Source: Felis catus
Lineage: Eukaryota
Direction: 5' to 3'
Assembly (NCBI RefSeq): GCF_018350175.1
Contig: NC_058368.1
Span: 88,848,001 to 88,912,000 of the forward strand
DNA length: 64,000 bases
Shown: piece after piece, positions 34,518 to 47,749 of the stretch
How the letters are laid out: each line of letters starts with the position of its first letter
Position numbering within the stretch: position 1 is the stretch's first letter
Translations under genes and position numbers: made by a program
Notes under the pieces: model-generated
The model's input: only the letters and a program-made list of their open reading frames with translations
Database searches by the model: none
Told to the model about the DNA's origin: nothing

Positions 34518-37500
34518 ATGACTCTAAACCCATATCTTTCTATAATAACACTGAATGTAAATGGATTAAACGTGCCAACCAAAAGACATAGGGTATCAGA
34601 ATGGATAAAAAAACAAGACCCATCTATTTGCTGTCTACAAGAGACTCATTTTAGACCTGAGGACACCTTTAGATTGAGAGTGAGGGGATGGAGAACTATT
34701 TATCATGCTACTGGAAGCCAAAAGAAAGCTGGAGTAGCCTTACTTATATCAGACAAACTAGACTTTAAATTAAAGGCTGTAACAAGAGATGAAGAAGGAC
34801 ATCATATAATAGTTACAGCGTCTATCCATCAGGAAGAGCTAACAATTATAAATGTCTATGTGCCGAATACCGGAGCCCCCAAATATATAAAACAATTACT
34901 CACAAACATAAGCAACCTTATTGATAAGAATGTGGTAATTGCAGGGGACTTCAACACCCCACTTACAGAAATGGATAGATCATCTAGACACACGGTCAAT
35001 AAAGAAACAAGGGCCCTGAATGAGACATTGGATCAGATGGACTTGACAGATATATTTAGAACTCTACATCCCAAAGCAACAGAATATACTTTCTTCTCGA
35101 GTGCACATGGAACATTCTCCAAGATAGATCATATACTGGGTCACAAAACAGCCCTTCATAAGTTCACAAGAATTGAAATTATACCATGCATACTTTCAGA
35201 CCACAATGCTATGAAGCTTGAAATCAACCACAGGAAAAAGTCTGGAAAACCTCCAAAAGCATGGAGGTTAAAGAACACCCTACTAATGAATGAGTGGGTC
35301 AACCAGGCAATTAGAGAAGAAATTAAAAAATATATGGAAACAAACGAAAATGAAAATACAACAATCCAAACGCTTTGGGACGCAGCGAAGGAAGTCCTGA
35401 GAGGAAACTACATTGCAATCCAGGCCTATCTCAAGAAACAAGAAAAATCCCAAATACAAAATCTAACAGCACACCTAAAGGAACTAGAAGCAGAACAGCA
35501 AAGGCAGCCTAAACCCAGCAGAAGAAGAGAGATAATAAAGATCAGAGCAGAAATAAACAATATAGAATCTAAAAAAACTATAGAGCAGATCAACGAAACC
35601 AAGAGTTGGTTTTTTGAAAAAATAAACAAAATTGACAAACCTCTAGCCAGGCTTCTCAAAAAGAAAAGGGAAATGACCCAAATAGATACAATCATGAATG
35701 AAAATGGAATTATTACAACCAATCCCTCAGAGATACAAACAATTATCAGGGAATACTATGAAAAATTATATGCCAACAAATTGGACAACCTGGAATAAAT
35801 GGACAAATTCCTGAACACCCACACTCTTCCAAAACTCAATCAGGAGGAAATAGAAAGCTTGAACAGACCCATAACCAGTGAAAAAATTGAATCGGTTATC
35901 AAAAATCTCCCAACAAAGAAGAGTCCAGGACCAGATGGCTTCCCAGGGGAGTTCTACCAGACGTTTAAAGCAGAGATAATACCTATCCTTCTCAAGCTAT
36001 TCCAAGAAATAGAAAGGGAAGGAAAACTTCCAGACTCATTCTATGAAGCCAGTATTACTTTGATTCCTAAATCAGACAGAGACCCAGTAAAAAAAAAAAA
36101 GAGAACTACAGGCCAATATCCCTGATGAATATGGATGCAAAAATTCTCAATAAGATACTAGCAAGTCAAATTCAATGGCATATAAAAAGAATTATTCACC
36201 ATGATCAAGTGGGATTCATTCCTGGGATGCAGGGCTGGTTCAACATTCGCAAATCAAACAACGTGATACATCACATTTAGAAAAGAAAAGATAAGAACCA
36301 TATGATCCTGTCAATCGATGCAGAAAAGGCCTTTGACAAAATTCAGCACCCTTTCTTAATAAAAACCCTTGAGAAAGTCGGGATAGAAGGAACATACTTA
36401 AATATCATAAAAGCCATTTATGAAAAGCCCACAGCTAACATCATCCTCAATGGAGAAAAACTGAGAGCTTTTTCCCTGAGATCAGGAACACGACAGGGAC
36501 GCCCACTCTCACCGCTGTTGTTTAACATAGTGTTGGAAGTGCTAGCATCAGCAATCATACAACAAAAGGAAATGAAAGGCATCAAAATTGGCAAAGATGA
36601 AGTCAAGCTTTCATTTTTTGCAGATGAGATGATATTATACATGGAAAATCCGATAGACTCCACCAAAAGTCTGCTAGAACTGATACATGAATTCAGCAAA
36701 GTTGCAGGATACAAAATCAATGTACAGAAATCAGTTGCATTCTTATACACTAATAATGAAGCAACAGAAAGACAAATAAAGAAACTGATCCCATTCACAA
36801 TTGCACCAAGAAGCATAAAATACCTAGGAATAAATCTAACCAAAGATGTAAAAGATCTGTATGCTGAAAACTATAGAAAGCTTATGAAGGTAGTTGAAGA
36901 AGATATAAAGAAATGGAAAGACATTCCCTGCTCATGGATTGGAAGAATAAATATTGTCAAAATGTCAATACTACCCAAAGCTATCTGCACATTCAATGCA
37001 ATCGCAATCAAAATCGCACCAGCATTCTTCTCGAAACTAGAACAAGCAATCCTAAAATCCATATGGAACCACAAAAGGCCCCGAATAGCCAAGGTAATTT
37101 TGAAGAAGAAGCCCAAAGCAGGAGGCATCACAATCCCAGACTTTAGCCTCTACTACAAAGCTGTAATCATCAAGACAGCATGGTATTGGCACAAAAACAG
37201 ACACATAGACCAATGGAATAGAATAGAAACCCCAGAACTAGACCCACAAATGTATGGCCAACTCATCTTTGACAAAGCAGGAAAGAACATCCAATGGAAA
37301 AAAGACAGTCTCTTTAACAAATGGTGCTGGGAGAACTGGACAGCAACATGCAGACGGTTGAAACTTTCTCACACCATTCACAAAAATAAACTCAAAATGG
37401 ATAAAGGACCTAAATGTGAGACAGGAAACCATCAAAACCCTAGAGGAGAAAGCAGGAAAAGACCTCTCTGACCTCAGCTGTAGCAATCTCTTACTCGACA

Positions 37501-38334
37501 CATCCCCAAAAGCAAGGGAATTAAAAGCAAAAAGAATTACTGGGACCTTATCAAGATAAAAAGCTTCTGCACAGCAAAGGAAACAACCAACAAAACTAAA
37601 AGGCAACCAACGGAATGGGAAAAGATATTTGCAAATGACATATCGGACAAAGGGCTAGTATCCAAAATCTATAAAGAGCTCACCAAACTCCACACCCAAA
37701 AAACAACTCAGTGAAGAAATGGGCAGAAAAAATGAATAGACACTTCTCTAAAGAAGACATCCAGATGGCCAACAGGCACATGAAAAGAAGCTCAACATCG
37801 CTCCTCATCAGGGAAATATAAATCAAAACCACACTCAGATATCACCTCACTCCAGTCAGAGTGGCCAAAATGAACAAATCAGGATATTATAGATGCTGGC
37901 GAGGATGTGGAGAAACGGGAACGCTCTTGCACTGTTGGTGGAAACGCAAATTGGTGCAGCCACTCTGGAAAGCAGTGTGGAGGTTCCTCAGAAAATTCAA
38001 AATAGACCTACCCTACGACCCAGCCATAGCACTGCTAGGAATTTACCCAAGGGATACAGGAGTACTGATGCATAGGGCCACTTGTACCCCAATGTTCATA
38101 GCAGCACTCTCAACAATAGCCAAATTATGGAAAGAGCCTAAATGTCCATCAACTGATGAATGGATAAAGAAATTGTGGTTTATATACACAATGGAGTACT
38201 ATGTGGCAATGAGAAAGAACGAAATATGGCCCTTTGTAGCAACGTGGATGGAACTGGAGAGTGTGATGCTAAGTGAAATAAGCAATATAGAGAAAGACAG
38301 ATACTATATGTTTTCACTCTTATGTGGATCCTGA
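34518..38334 (+). pseudogene. L1 ORF2p (endonuclease/reverse transcriptase), disrupted
   Basis: Endonuclease motifs [21 protein letters not shown] and SDHN. TAA at 35796-35798, frameshift at the A-run ~36089-36100, TAG near 36278 and further shifts near 37365. The RT motif reads FADE instead of FADD. Confidence 0.95.
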
Positions 38335-38703
38335 GAAACTTAACAGAAACCCATGGGGGAGGGGAAGGAAAAAAAAAAGAGGTTAGAGTGGGAGAGAGCC
38401 AAAGCATAAGACTCTTAAAAACTGAGAACAAACTGAGGGTTGATGGGGGGTGGGAGGGTTGGGAGGGTGGGTGATGGGTATTGAGGAGGGCACCTTTTGG
38501 GATGAGCACTGGGTGTTGTATGGAAACTAATTTGACAATAAATTTCATATATTGAAAAAAAAAAGAATTGCATGCAAACAGAATCACACAAATTCCAGAC
38601 TTTCGTAAGTGCCTTCTCTTAGTGTTTAGATGCTTGTCCACATTGTCACACAGTGCTGCTGGGTAGGACCCTGTTGTTGGATGTGTCCTGGCATGGGGAC
38701 CCA

Positions 38704-38740
38704 TTGGACGCTTAACCGACTGAGCCCCCCAGGTGCCTCT
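38704..38740 (-). mobile_element. Isolated 5' head (~37 bp) of a CAN-SINE
   Basis: Reverse complement reads AGAGGCACCTGGGGGGCTCAGTCGGTTAAGCGTCCAA; no body or tail follows. Confidence 0.8.
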
Positions 38741-41700
38741 GCATGTAGAGCATTTAGAATTTTTTGTATTCCACCCGTCATGATGAAGAGCAAGGTGGCA
38801 GAGGAAGACCCTTCCCTCTGTGCTGGGAATTGGAGGTTGGGTGCAGAAAGGCGGAGAGCACCGTCTAGATGTCCAGGCCACGTTCAGTGATTGCCTGTCA
38901 GGTGCAGGCGTCAGTGAGCTGATGGTAGAATTCTCATGACGTGAAGGAAGCATGCTTTCTCGTCCAGTTAGTCGTTCAGCAGGAAGGACTTCATCACATA
39001 ATAATCTGTGGCTAGTATGAGGACAGTCCCTCCTGCTAAAAAGATATGTCTGTATTCTATTTTCCATTATTTCTGTGGATCACACTTGGATGTCACTGAC
39101 AAACTGAGGTGATTGGAAGGGGGAAGAAGAAGCCATGTAAATGCAGAAGATCACTGGCTGATCAGTCTACTCACTCGGTGTCCTTAAGTCAAAAGTGAAA
39201 ATTCTTGGCAATTGTGCAGCAAAGAATGTGGTGGTCTTTTCTTCAACAAAATTGAAAGCCACAACAATTTCAAAAGTATTGAATGTTGAAAACAAATACA
39301 AGAAGAACTACAGGCAACAATCTGGGAAAACCTTTTGGAGATGCATTTGAAATCTCGGGTTCTGTTTGGGTTTCAACAAAGCAAATGAAAGAACCAGAAG
39401 CCGGGACATGTCGGGACATGTGGGAGAAGACGGTGGGACTTGGAGCCGTGGTGGTGTTTCCACAGGGTAAGAGCAGGAAGAAGCACGAGTTCTGACGAGT
39501 GAGGCACCACGGGGGAAGAGTCTGGACGTCGTCACCAGTGTTTCCGATACCAGCGTGACTACCCCAGGCCTGACCAGGGTGAAGAGTTGCTGCTTGCGGG
39601 GGAGGTTGCCTATTTCACAGCTAGGAAAGTGTGGGGAAAGTTGGATGTCCTGTGTTTAGCACCACGTTAAGATTCATGCAAAGGTTTTTCCCCTCCCTCT
39701 TTTTTAATTCTGTGAATTCTCTGTAAAAGGACTCAACAATACAGAAAAATGAAAAGGGTCTATTGGACTCAGATGACGAATGATGGGTATGTTTCCTGAT
39801 ACGCTGTGGGTTCCTGGAAGGTCTAGTGAGTAGTCTCCACGGGGTCCCCTGGGGTGTCCGAGAGCCTTCTGGAAATGTGGACTTAGAGTCACTGCAGGTC
39901 AGTGTCAGATGGGCTTGAGGGGTGTTTCTGCATGGCCTCTGACGTGGCCAGGCTCCTGAAGGCAGTGGTGACCCCCGGTTCTTGTTTCTAAGACGGTGAG
40001 TGGCAGAGAGGGATTGTGTCGCCTTCCTGAACTCAGGGCAAATCTGGTGACCTTTTTGGCTTTGGGGGACCCAGGTGGGTGGTCCTCTGCAGACAGGCTA
40101 CTTCCTGTAGGGTTGGGGCTTGTGTGTGCTTTGCAGATAGCCAGCTGATTCTTCACAGTTAAACACTGGTGTTGTGCTAAGTTAACTCACAAAACCCAGA
40201 CCTGGATGGTCAGCCCTTTCTCCCTCTTCTTCCCACTCCCTGGAAGAAAAAGGAGACCTTAGGATTGTTTCAGCAGGAGTACCCACTTCAGGCGTGTCAG
40301 GGGCTGTGCCCAGTGTGGTATGTGGATTCAGTCTGGAAAAGGATTCCATGTTCCAGCCGGGAGAGCCAGACTCATTAAGTGAAGACAACCGTCCAAGGTC
40401 ATGGCGCCTTTCAGCAGGTTGGACTCCAGGCCTGGGAGGAGTCAGGGATACCGTAGATCTTTCATTCTTCCCTTTTTCATTTGGAAATCAGGCTGCTCTG
40501 GATGCTGGTCACATTAAATATTAGCAATGGAGCCAGCTTTGTTTTAAATTTGTTTTCAGCTGTTTCTTTCCTCGTTCTTTATAAAGATGTCTTACTGACT
40601 TCTGAAGGCCCCAAGCATCCCCACCGCTGCTGATTTCTTTGGGGAGTTTCAGGGACTCTCTTGTGGGTAATTAGAAATGGTTACTCTGCTTACACTCGTG
40701 GCTGCCTGGCAATGCCATTAATGTCAGGCGTCTAAGGTCGGGCTTCAATAATAGGAATTGAATAGTATTCAAGAAGGATTCAAATGATATTAATATTTAA
40801 GAGTCTTTTTGGATCCAGAAAGTGCCCACGAAACCCTTCTGGATGTAATGTATGCAGCACATGTCAATTAGGAAGACGGACGGGGCACACTTGGCTCCCC
40901 GTCCGTAGAGGCTTAATGTGAGCACTCGGCCCTCCAGCCTCCCAGGGGCATCCTCACCGACAAATCGTGCTTTTTCTTCCCTTGCTGCTCCTGAATAGAT
41001 CTGTGTCCCAAGCACAAAGGAAAATCAATTTAATTACTTATGAAACTTTTCCTTAAGGGCAATGGAAATATGAGGAAGAAATGAAGTATCTGTCATTGGT
41101 AAGTTTATTTTGGGGCTGAACATGAGACAAATTCATTTCATTATGAAGATTAGGTGTCTGTTGGTTGATGAAAATACAGACAGAGCGTGCACAAAGAGGT
41201 ACGTTCACCCAGAACCACAGGGTGGGAAAGCTTTGTGCTTCTGGGGCCACACAGAAGGCGAGCATGCGTTCTGACATCGCCAGGAGAGTGGCGTTGAACA
41301 GAAGCCAGAGGATGTCTGCAGGTGTCAGAGCAAAGGAATTAGGAAGGAAGAGGGAGCTGACTGTAATTAGGAGGAGAGAGAGACGTACTCAAGGGGAGCT
41401 GCCTGCCTCACTTCTGGTGGAGGCCAGCCTCCCAGCCTCCCTATGGGCCGCTGTCTCCATGCAACTTATGAGCCTCATCGCCCCCCGCACCAGAGCTGGC
41501 GGTGGTGGGCCACCTGTCATTGGCCCCACAGCCCTTAGCCGGGCATGGGAGCTGCTTTGTGTTTTCTCTGCAGGTGACACAGCTTTGCAGTGCATCTCTT
41601 TGAACACAGACCGGCTCAGAACAAAGTTGTCTTGTAGCTGAGGCCTTAAATTTCCACCTGTCAAGGACATCAGAATGGGACAATGGAGTTCACCACTGGC

Positions 41701-41839
41701 TGGCCAGGACCGGAGCAGGACTGGGATTGAAAAGGGATAGTAAATCAGCTCTTCCTGTCCCCTGCTGGTATAGGCAGTCTGGTCTGGTGACTGGCTGATC
41801 AGTCCGTCCACCTACTTGCCTACACAGGCACCCGGGTCT

Positions 41840-42510
41840 CTTTTAAGGTGTGTAATTCAGTGGCTTTTAGTGTATTCACAGAGTTGCGTGACCATGACCT
41901 TTTCACATCTTAGGAAAAAACCCTCATGCCCATCAGTGGTCAGTCCCCAGCCCTCCTTCCCCCAGCCCCCAGCAAGTTCCAGTTTACTTTCTGTCTCTGT
42001 GGATTTGCCTAGTCTGGGCATTTCATACAATGTCTGGAATTGTACAACATGTCGCCTGTAGCGACTGACCTCTTTGACCTAGGTCATCTGTTTGAGGTTA
42101 ATCCAGGTTGTAGCATGAGTCAGAAAGCCAGGCCAAATAATATTTCACAGTATGGGTAGGACCACATTCTGTCCATGCAGCAACTGAGGGACGTTTGGGT
42201 TGTTTCCACAGTTTGGCGGTGACAGGTAGTGCCACCGTGTGTAGTAATTGTGTGGTCGCGCGTGTTCACTTCTCTTGGGTGTATCCCTAGGAGTGCTGTT
42301 GTGGGGTTCCATGGCAGCTGTGCGTGTAAGGGGGGCGCTGCCAGGCTGGTTTGCAACCAGATCAGAGCCCTCCGTGCTCCCCCAGCAGTCCTCACCCGCA
42401 CTTGTTAGTGTCTGTCTTTTCCATTACCACTGTGCCAGCAGGCCCGAGGGGTGGCTTGTGCTTTTGATTTGTATTTCCCTGGTGACTAGAGTGCCTTTTC
42501 ATGTGCTCAT
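41840..42510 (-). mobile_element. Old L1M 3' fragment
   Basis: TACTTTCTGTCTCTGTGGATTTGCCT..TTTGGGTTGTTTCCA..TTCTCTTGGGT..CTAGGAGTG..TTTGATTTGTATTTCCCT. Confidence 0.75.
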
Positions 42511-42511
42511 T

Positions 42512-42730
42512 AAAAACATTTTTTAATGTTTTTTTAAATTTATTTTTGAGAGAGAAACAGAAAGTGCAAGCAGGGGAGGGGCAGAGAGAGAGAGGGAGAC
42601 ACAGAAACCGAAGCAGGCTCCAGGCTCCCAGCTGTCAGCACAGAGCCCAATGCCTGGCTTGCCACAAACCGTAAGATCATGACCTGAGCAGAAGTCAGCC
42701 ACTTAACCAACTGAGCCACGCAGGTGAGCC
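42512..42730 (-). mobile_element. CAN-SINE
   Basis: Reverse-complement SINEC with TSD core TCATGTGCT. Confidence 0.9.
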
Positions 42731-42861
42731 TCATGTGCTGAGTTTATAAAGTGGCCATATGATGCTGATTGGATTCATTTAAAAATATTTTTAAAATTTA
42801 AATTCTTTCACTAGCATTAAAGTCTGTGCACTCTGTGCTCTTTTTGGTTTTTAAAGAAACG

Positions 42862-42895
42862 TTTTTCTTTTCTTTCTGTTTTAATATTTATTTAT

Positions 42896-42927
<32 letters not shown>

Positions 42928-43086
42928 CAGGGGAGCTGTAGGGAGACCAAGAAAGAGAATCCCAAGCAGACTCTGCACTGTCCACAGAGAGCCCAACAGG
43001 GGGCTCCAACCCACAAACCCTGAGATCCTGACCTGAGCTGAAATCAAGAGTTGGATGCTTAAGCAAGTGAGCCACCCAGGCGCCCC
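42862..43086 (-). mobile_element. CAN-SINE
   Basis: Reverse-complement SINEC ending GAGCCACCCAGGCGCCCC. Confidence 0.92.
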
Positions 43087-43703
43087 TAAGCCAACTTTTT
43101 TCATTCCATGCTTTTTAACATTACAACTTTCAGGAATTGGTCTCAGATTTTGTAAAATTAAAATACCTTTTTCATTATTATTACTTTTTTTAAGGAAAAC
43201 GTATCTCAGATGGATACAAAAATTTGATTTATTTTCTAAATCCCCAAAACTGAAAATATAGGTTGATTTTTTAAGATCAAGATATACATTTGCATAGAAA
43301 AGATTATTTCTGTCATCTTGTGCCTGAGGCTGACTGTCAGACAGCTTCGGAGGGAGAAACCACCTTGTCTAACTTTATAGCCTCACGCTTCCAGCAGCTG
43401 AGTGTCCTCAGAATCCACGGGTTGGCTGTGACTTTAGTCCCTGTTTTCTGGTCTCCTTGTGATTTCAGTCAATTCCATAGATTTCCATGAAATCCCTCCT
43501 GGCAGTCAGATCTCAGTACTGAGACATGTGAGCCAGAGCCTTTACTCTTAGGTAGTTTCATTTCAGGAGGGATCATTGGTCCTTTACTGTATTCAGTCGT
43601 TCAGTAGTTATTGAGAAACAGAGGTGGCACTAGTTATGATGGTGGCCACAGTGGCGATGGAGGCTAACCTTTACTTGGCACTTACTTTGCTCCAGGAACT
43701 TTT

Positions 43704-43943
43704 CTTTTTAAAGTAGGCCTCACACCCACCGCAGAGCCCAGTGAGGGGCTTGAACTCTCGACACTGAGATCAAGCCCTAAGCTGAGGGGCGCCTGGGTGG
43801 TCAGTCAGTTGAGCGTCTGGCTTTCCCTCAGGTCATGATCTTTCAGTTGGAGCCCCGCATCAGGCTCTGTGCTAACAGCTCAGAGCCTGGAGCCTGCTTC
43901 AGATTCTGTGTCTTCCTCTCTCTCTGCCCCTCCCCTGCTCGCG

Positions 43944-43985
<42 letters not shown>

Positions 43986-44064
43986 CATAAACATTAAAAA
44001 AAAAACAGATCTGAGCTGAGATCAAGAGTTGAACATTCAACCTGTTGAACTACCCAGGTGCCCC
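43704..44064 (-). mobile_element. Short CAN-SINE split by a plus-strand SINE
   Basis: Halves lie at 43704-43785 and ~44008-44064, with outer repeats CCAGG(A/C)ACTTTT. Confidence 0.8.
43786..44005 (+). mobile_element. CAN-SINE nested in a SINE
   Basis: GGGGCGCCTGG head, (CT)n region, A tail and flanking CT(A/G)AGCTGA repeats. Confidence 0.9.
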
Positions 44065-47000
44065 GTGCCAGGCACTTTTACAGACCTTTCCTTGTACTGT
44101 CTCACTCCTCCTCAGGTCAGTGCTGCTATCCCCAGGTTTCAAATCTGCAAAGCGAGGCATGAAGAGATTCAGTTGATAAGGGTCTTCATCTGATGCTCAG
44201 AGCTGGCATCCACACCCAGGCTGTCTCCTGCTTCCCTGAGGGTATTTCTTTCTCCTGGGGAGAGGTGCAACAGGAAATCTGAGATCAGAGACTCTAGACC
44301 ACCTGGGCTGAGTCCTGGGCTCTGGACTCTTCCTCTGTCTCCTCTGCGGGCCTGCGTGGGGACAGAGTTCATAGGGGTTCCCTCTGCCAACGCACACTCT
44401 TTATGGATGACATTCTGACTCCTCACTTGCAGGGGTGGTTCCTGCCCTCCTGCTGGGCTCAGGGGTTCTGGCCTTCAGCAGGAGGGATTGAGGCGCTGAG
44501 GAGGTAAGTAACTCATCCACACTCCTGCAGCTCAGACCTGGTTGCAGTGAGCTGCTTCTTTGTGCTGACTGTTTTCAACACGTTGCATTAGGTTTGTTTT
44601 TCTGTTGAGTACAGCAGAACTGTGACCCAAAGTACTTCAGAATAATTTTTGTCCCTGGTCGAAGCCACACCACTGTCCCATGCAGTTCCAGCCCTGGTTT
44701 GAAGGGCAATGTTGTTCACTACCTAACGTCTGACCTTAGGCTCTCAGTCACCCCTCAGATGTGTGGACATGGCTTCCGAAAATAAGGGAAGGCGTGTTTT
44801 TGTTGATTTTACCAACCCACTCTGTTGAGGCATTGAGGTTCATTTCCTCTGTCCTAGGCCAGCAACATCCTCAAGTGCGCTGTAGAAGCTGCCTTCGTGG
44901 CCAAGCCTGTGTGGTGGGTGCCTGCTCAGGCCACCATGTTGTGGACACGCTTTGCCCCAAACATTCCCATCCTGACCTGCAAAGAGTGTGCCAGGTGGAA
45001 GAGGGAGCGGCCAGAACATACAGATTCTCCCTACCCCAAGACTGAGTGTGGTCAGTGAGGGGCTGGGGAGACAGTGTCCCTGACGTGCTGGGGCCTAGAG
45101 GTCTCTCACCCTGTCTATGGCTCAGTCAGGCCCTGGGGACCTGAGGACCCTCTGCAAATTGGAGCTTTGCAGTCAGAAAGTCTGGTGGAAAGCAGATGAT
45201 AGCATTAGGATGGCAGGGACAAAGGTCCACCTCACTGTGCTGGCCCACAAAGCGCTCAGTGCTGCCCAGGAAGGGCCTCGTGGATGGCGGGCACAGGCCC
45301 TTGTGGTGTTGCGAGGTTTCACAGGTGGTTTTCATTTAGGATGAAGGTGTTTCATTCATGCAGTCTGTGCCCTGTACCACTTTATCCCCAAGAGCACAGC
45401 ACCGAGAACGAGTCCTGGGTCTCCTCTCCAGCTTTGCCTTCACATCAGCAGGTTGGGCTGGGTCAGGAAGACCACGTGTGGCGGTCCCTGAGGCTTTCCT
45501 GAGGCGTGATCACACCCCTGCTCTTAGGTTGGCGTTTGATGTGGCCCCAGTGCTCCCTCCTGAGCGGTGCATGTCTGGCACCATCCAGCTGTGTCGTCCT
45601 GTTCTGGGGTCTGCGTGAAACAGTGGCCTTCCCCAGGAGGAGTGGGCCTTTGTCAGAGCACTTCAGGCCCAAGGTCTGTAGGTGCTGTGGGGCCATCTGT
45701 GCTGTGTGGATGAGGTGGTGTGACCTGCCAGGTTAAGGGACTCATGCACCAAGTTAAGGGTGCTGCTGGGCACTGGGTCCCTGCTGCATGCCCTCTGTGG
45801 GTGTCTGCCTCTGCCCAGTGAGTTTACTTTCTGTAGGGGATGCTGATTAGTACCCAGTTTAAGAAGGGTTCACTCACCATATCAGCTGGCTTTCCTCGGA
45901 CCATCCGTTCTCCTGGGGTTGTAGTGCTCTATGGATGTGGTCCATGGACCCTCCTTGGTTACGCTGGGCTTAGGTGCGCGAGTTTGGACCGCAAATGCTG
46001 TCCGAGGTTGTGGTCCTCAGTGTGCTGTGGGTGTCACAGGCATGGCCCTCCTTTAAGAAGCTGCGTGTGTTACCGGGGGACAGCAGGGGTCTCTGGGATC
46101 AGTCGCTTCCCTGACCTCACCTTACAGGTGGGGAAGAAAGGGCATGAGTGGGTGCATTTACCCAGGTGGCTGCAGGCAGTGCGCAGGCAGGCCTCCAGGT
46201 CACAGCATCCTCATCGCAGTGACTGAGTGTTAGCACATTTCAGGGCCTTGTGGAAGCCGTGTCTGTCATTCACCACTTGTCCACCTGTCTGTCCGTTATG
46301 TTGCATCTCCTGGTTTTCTTCAGACGTTGACTCCAGCCATGTTGTGTGCAGCTCTCTCTCTCCCCTCTCTCCCTCTACCCCTCCCCGTCTCTCTGTATCT
46401 ACATCTGAGGCATATAGATTTACCTGTGTTGGGCTTGGGGGTGGCCGGGGCCTCCTGCCCAGGGAACACGGCCAGAGGTCATGAAAACATGTGACCCTCT
46501 GCATTCTCAGCCTGTTCAACAGTGTGGCTGTTCTCCCTGGTGGTTCTACCACTGCCTTCCATTCTGTTGCTAAGTTGGGGGACCTGCTTGCTTAGATCTT
46601 TCTCCTCAAGACAGACCCAGAAAAATTACCAGAGCTTCAGACTCCTGCTCTCACCTGATAAACTTGCCCTTAAGTGCCAGCTATGGGAGAGGGATGCTCT
46701 TTGTATCTTGCACAGGCAAGGTGTTTGGAGCCACTGCGGGTTGTCTAAGAAACATGCCTGTGGAGGGCTGCGAGGAGGAGGGACTGAGGTTTCAGCACCA
46801 ATGAGAGAGAGCAGTGAGACCATGCAAATAGAAGTAACGAAGTGCTCATCTTCAAATAAAACAGTGTAGGTGAAAGAGGGAACAAGAAATCAAAGCATTT
46901 TCAGCAGAAGAGCTTCTGTTTATAATTTAACCCTGAAATTGACAAGGCAGATGCTATCTTTACTTTGCTTCCTGTGTGGTTGGTTCTGTTCCAGAAGAAG

Positions 47001-47749
47001 ACTTCCATAAGGAAACAGGAGCAGGTTGTCTCTAAAGACCTCTGGAGTAGCTGCCTGTCAGCGTCCTTTGTTCTCCCAAGTAGACTCTGCAGGAGTCCCC
47101 ATGCTTGGTCTTGCCCCTCACAGTTTGTCATCCACACGCTCCTCTCTGTGGGACAGGGCCACTTCCATCAGCCTTGGTCACAGCTGTGGGCCCCTGGCCA
47201 GACATCCACCTCCCACTGCACGCCAGCACACACATCGTGTGTGAGTCTTCTCTGTGGCGGTAGTCACTTGGCTTGGAACTCCTTTGATAGGGTACAGAGG
47301 ACATCTCCTCCACATGGCCTGTGTCCCTGTGGGTCAGAAGCTACAACTTCTCAAGAAGAAAGGAAGAACCGTCATTTAAACTGAGCCCATCCCTGCCACC
47401 GGGAGACCCCATGAGACAAGGAAAGACTCCTTTCTCCCCAGAAACACTTCTGTCTTGCAAACACTGCTGAACGAAGGCCTGCAGATGGGTTCTGGAAGTC
47501 AGAACATCTGGGAGATACACATCACAGATGTGCTTCCCTTGTGCAGATTCAACCTGATGTGCTGGGACAACAGACAGACACCAGCACGTGTACGTAAGCA
47601 TGTGAGACTGGGCATGGTAAGCAGTTTGTCCACAGTTCACCGAGGGAGCAGGTGCCCTGCAGGGAGCACGACATGGGAGCCGTGACACCAAGGATTCTTC
47701 CCTGGCCCATCTCGGACCTCAGTGAGAGGGAAGGATAGGTCTCTTCATA

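Larger units (their letters stand above)
32651..38564 (+). mobile_element. Full-length young felid L1 (L1_Fc-like), inactivated
   Basis: 5' end GGAGGGAAGATGGCGGCG with a CpG-rich 5' UTR, followed by ORF1, ORF2, a G-rich 3' UTR, AATAAA and a poly(A) ending ~38564. Confidence 0.97.

Noticed and set aside
32651..38564. This L1 as an active element, or as the source of the 7008-7228 transduction
   Set aside because: Both ORFs have stops and frameshifts, the RT motif is FADE, and its 3' flank (GAATTGCATG) does not match the transduced tag.
38180..39067. 295-aa minus-strand ORF
   Set aside because: It is a chimera of unique flank, a SINE head and antisense L1 3' end, with no recognisable domain.
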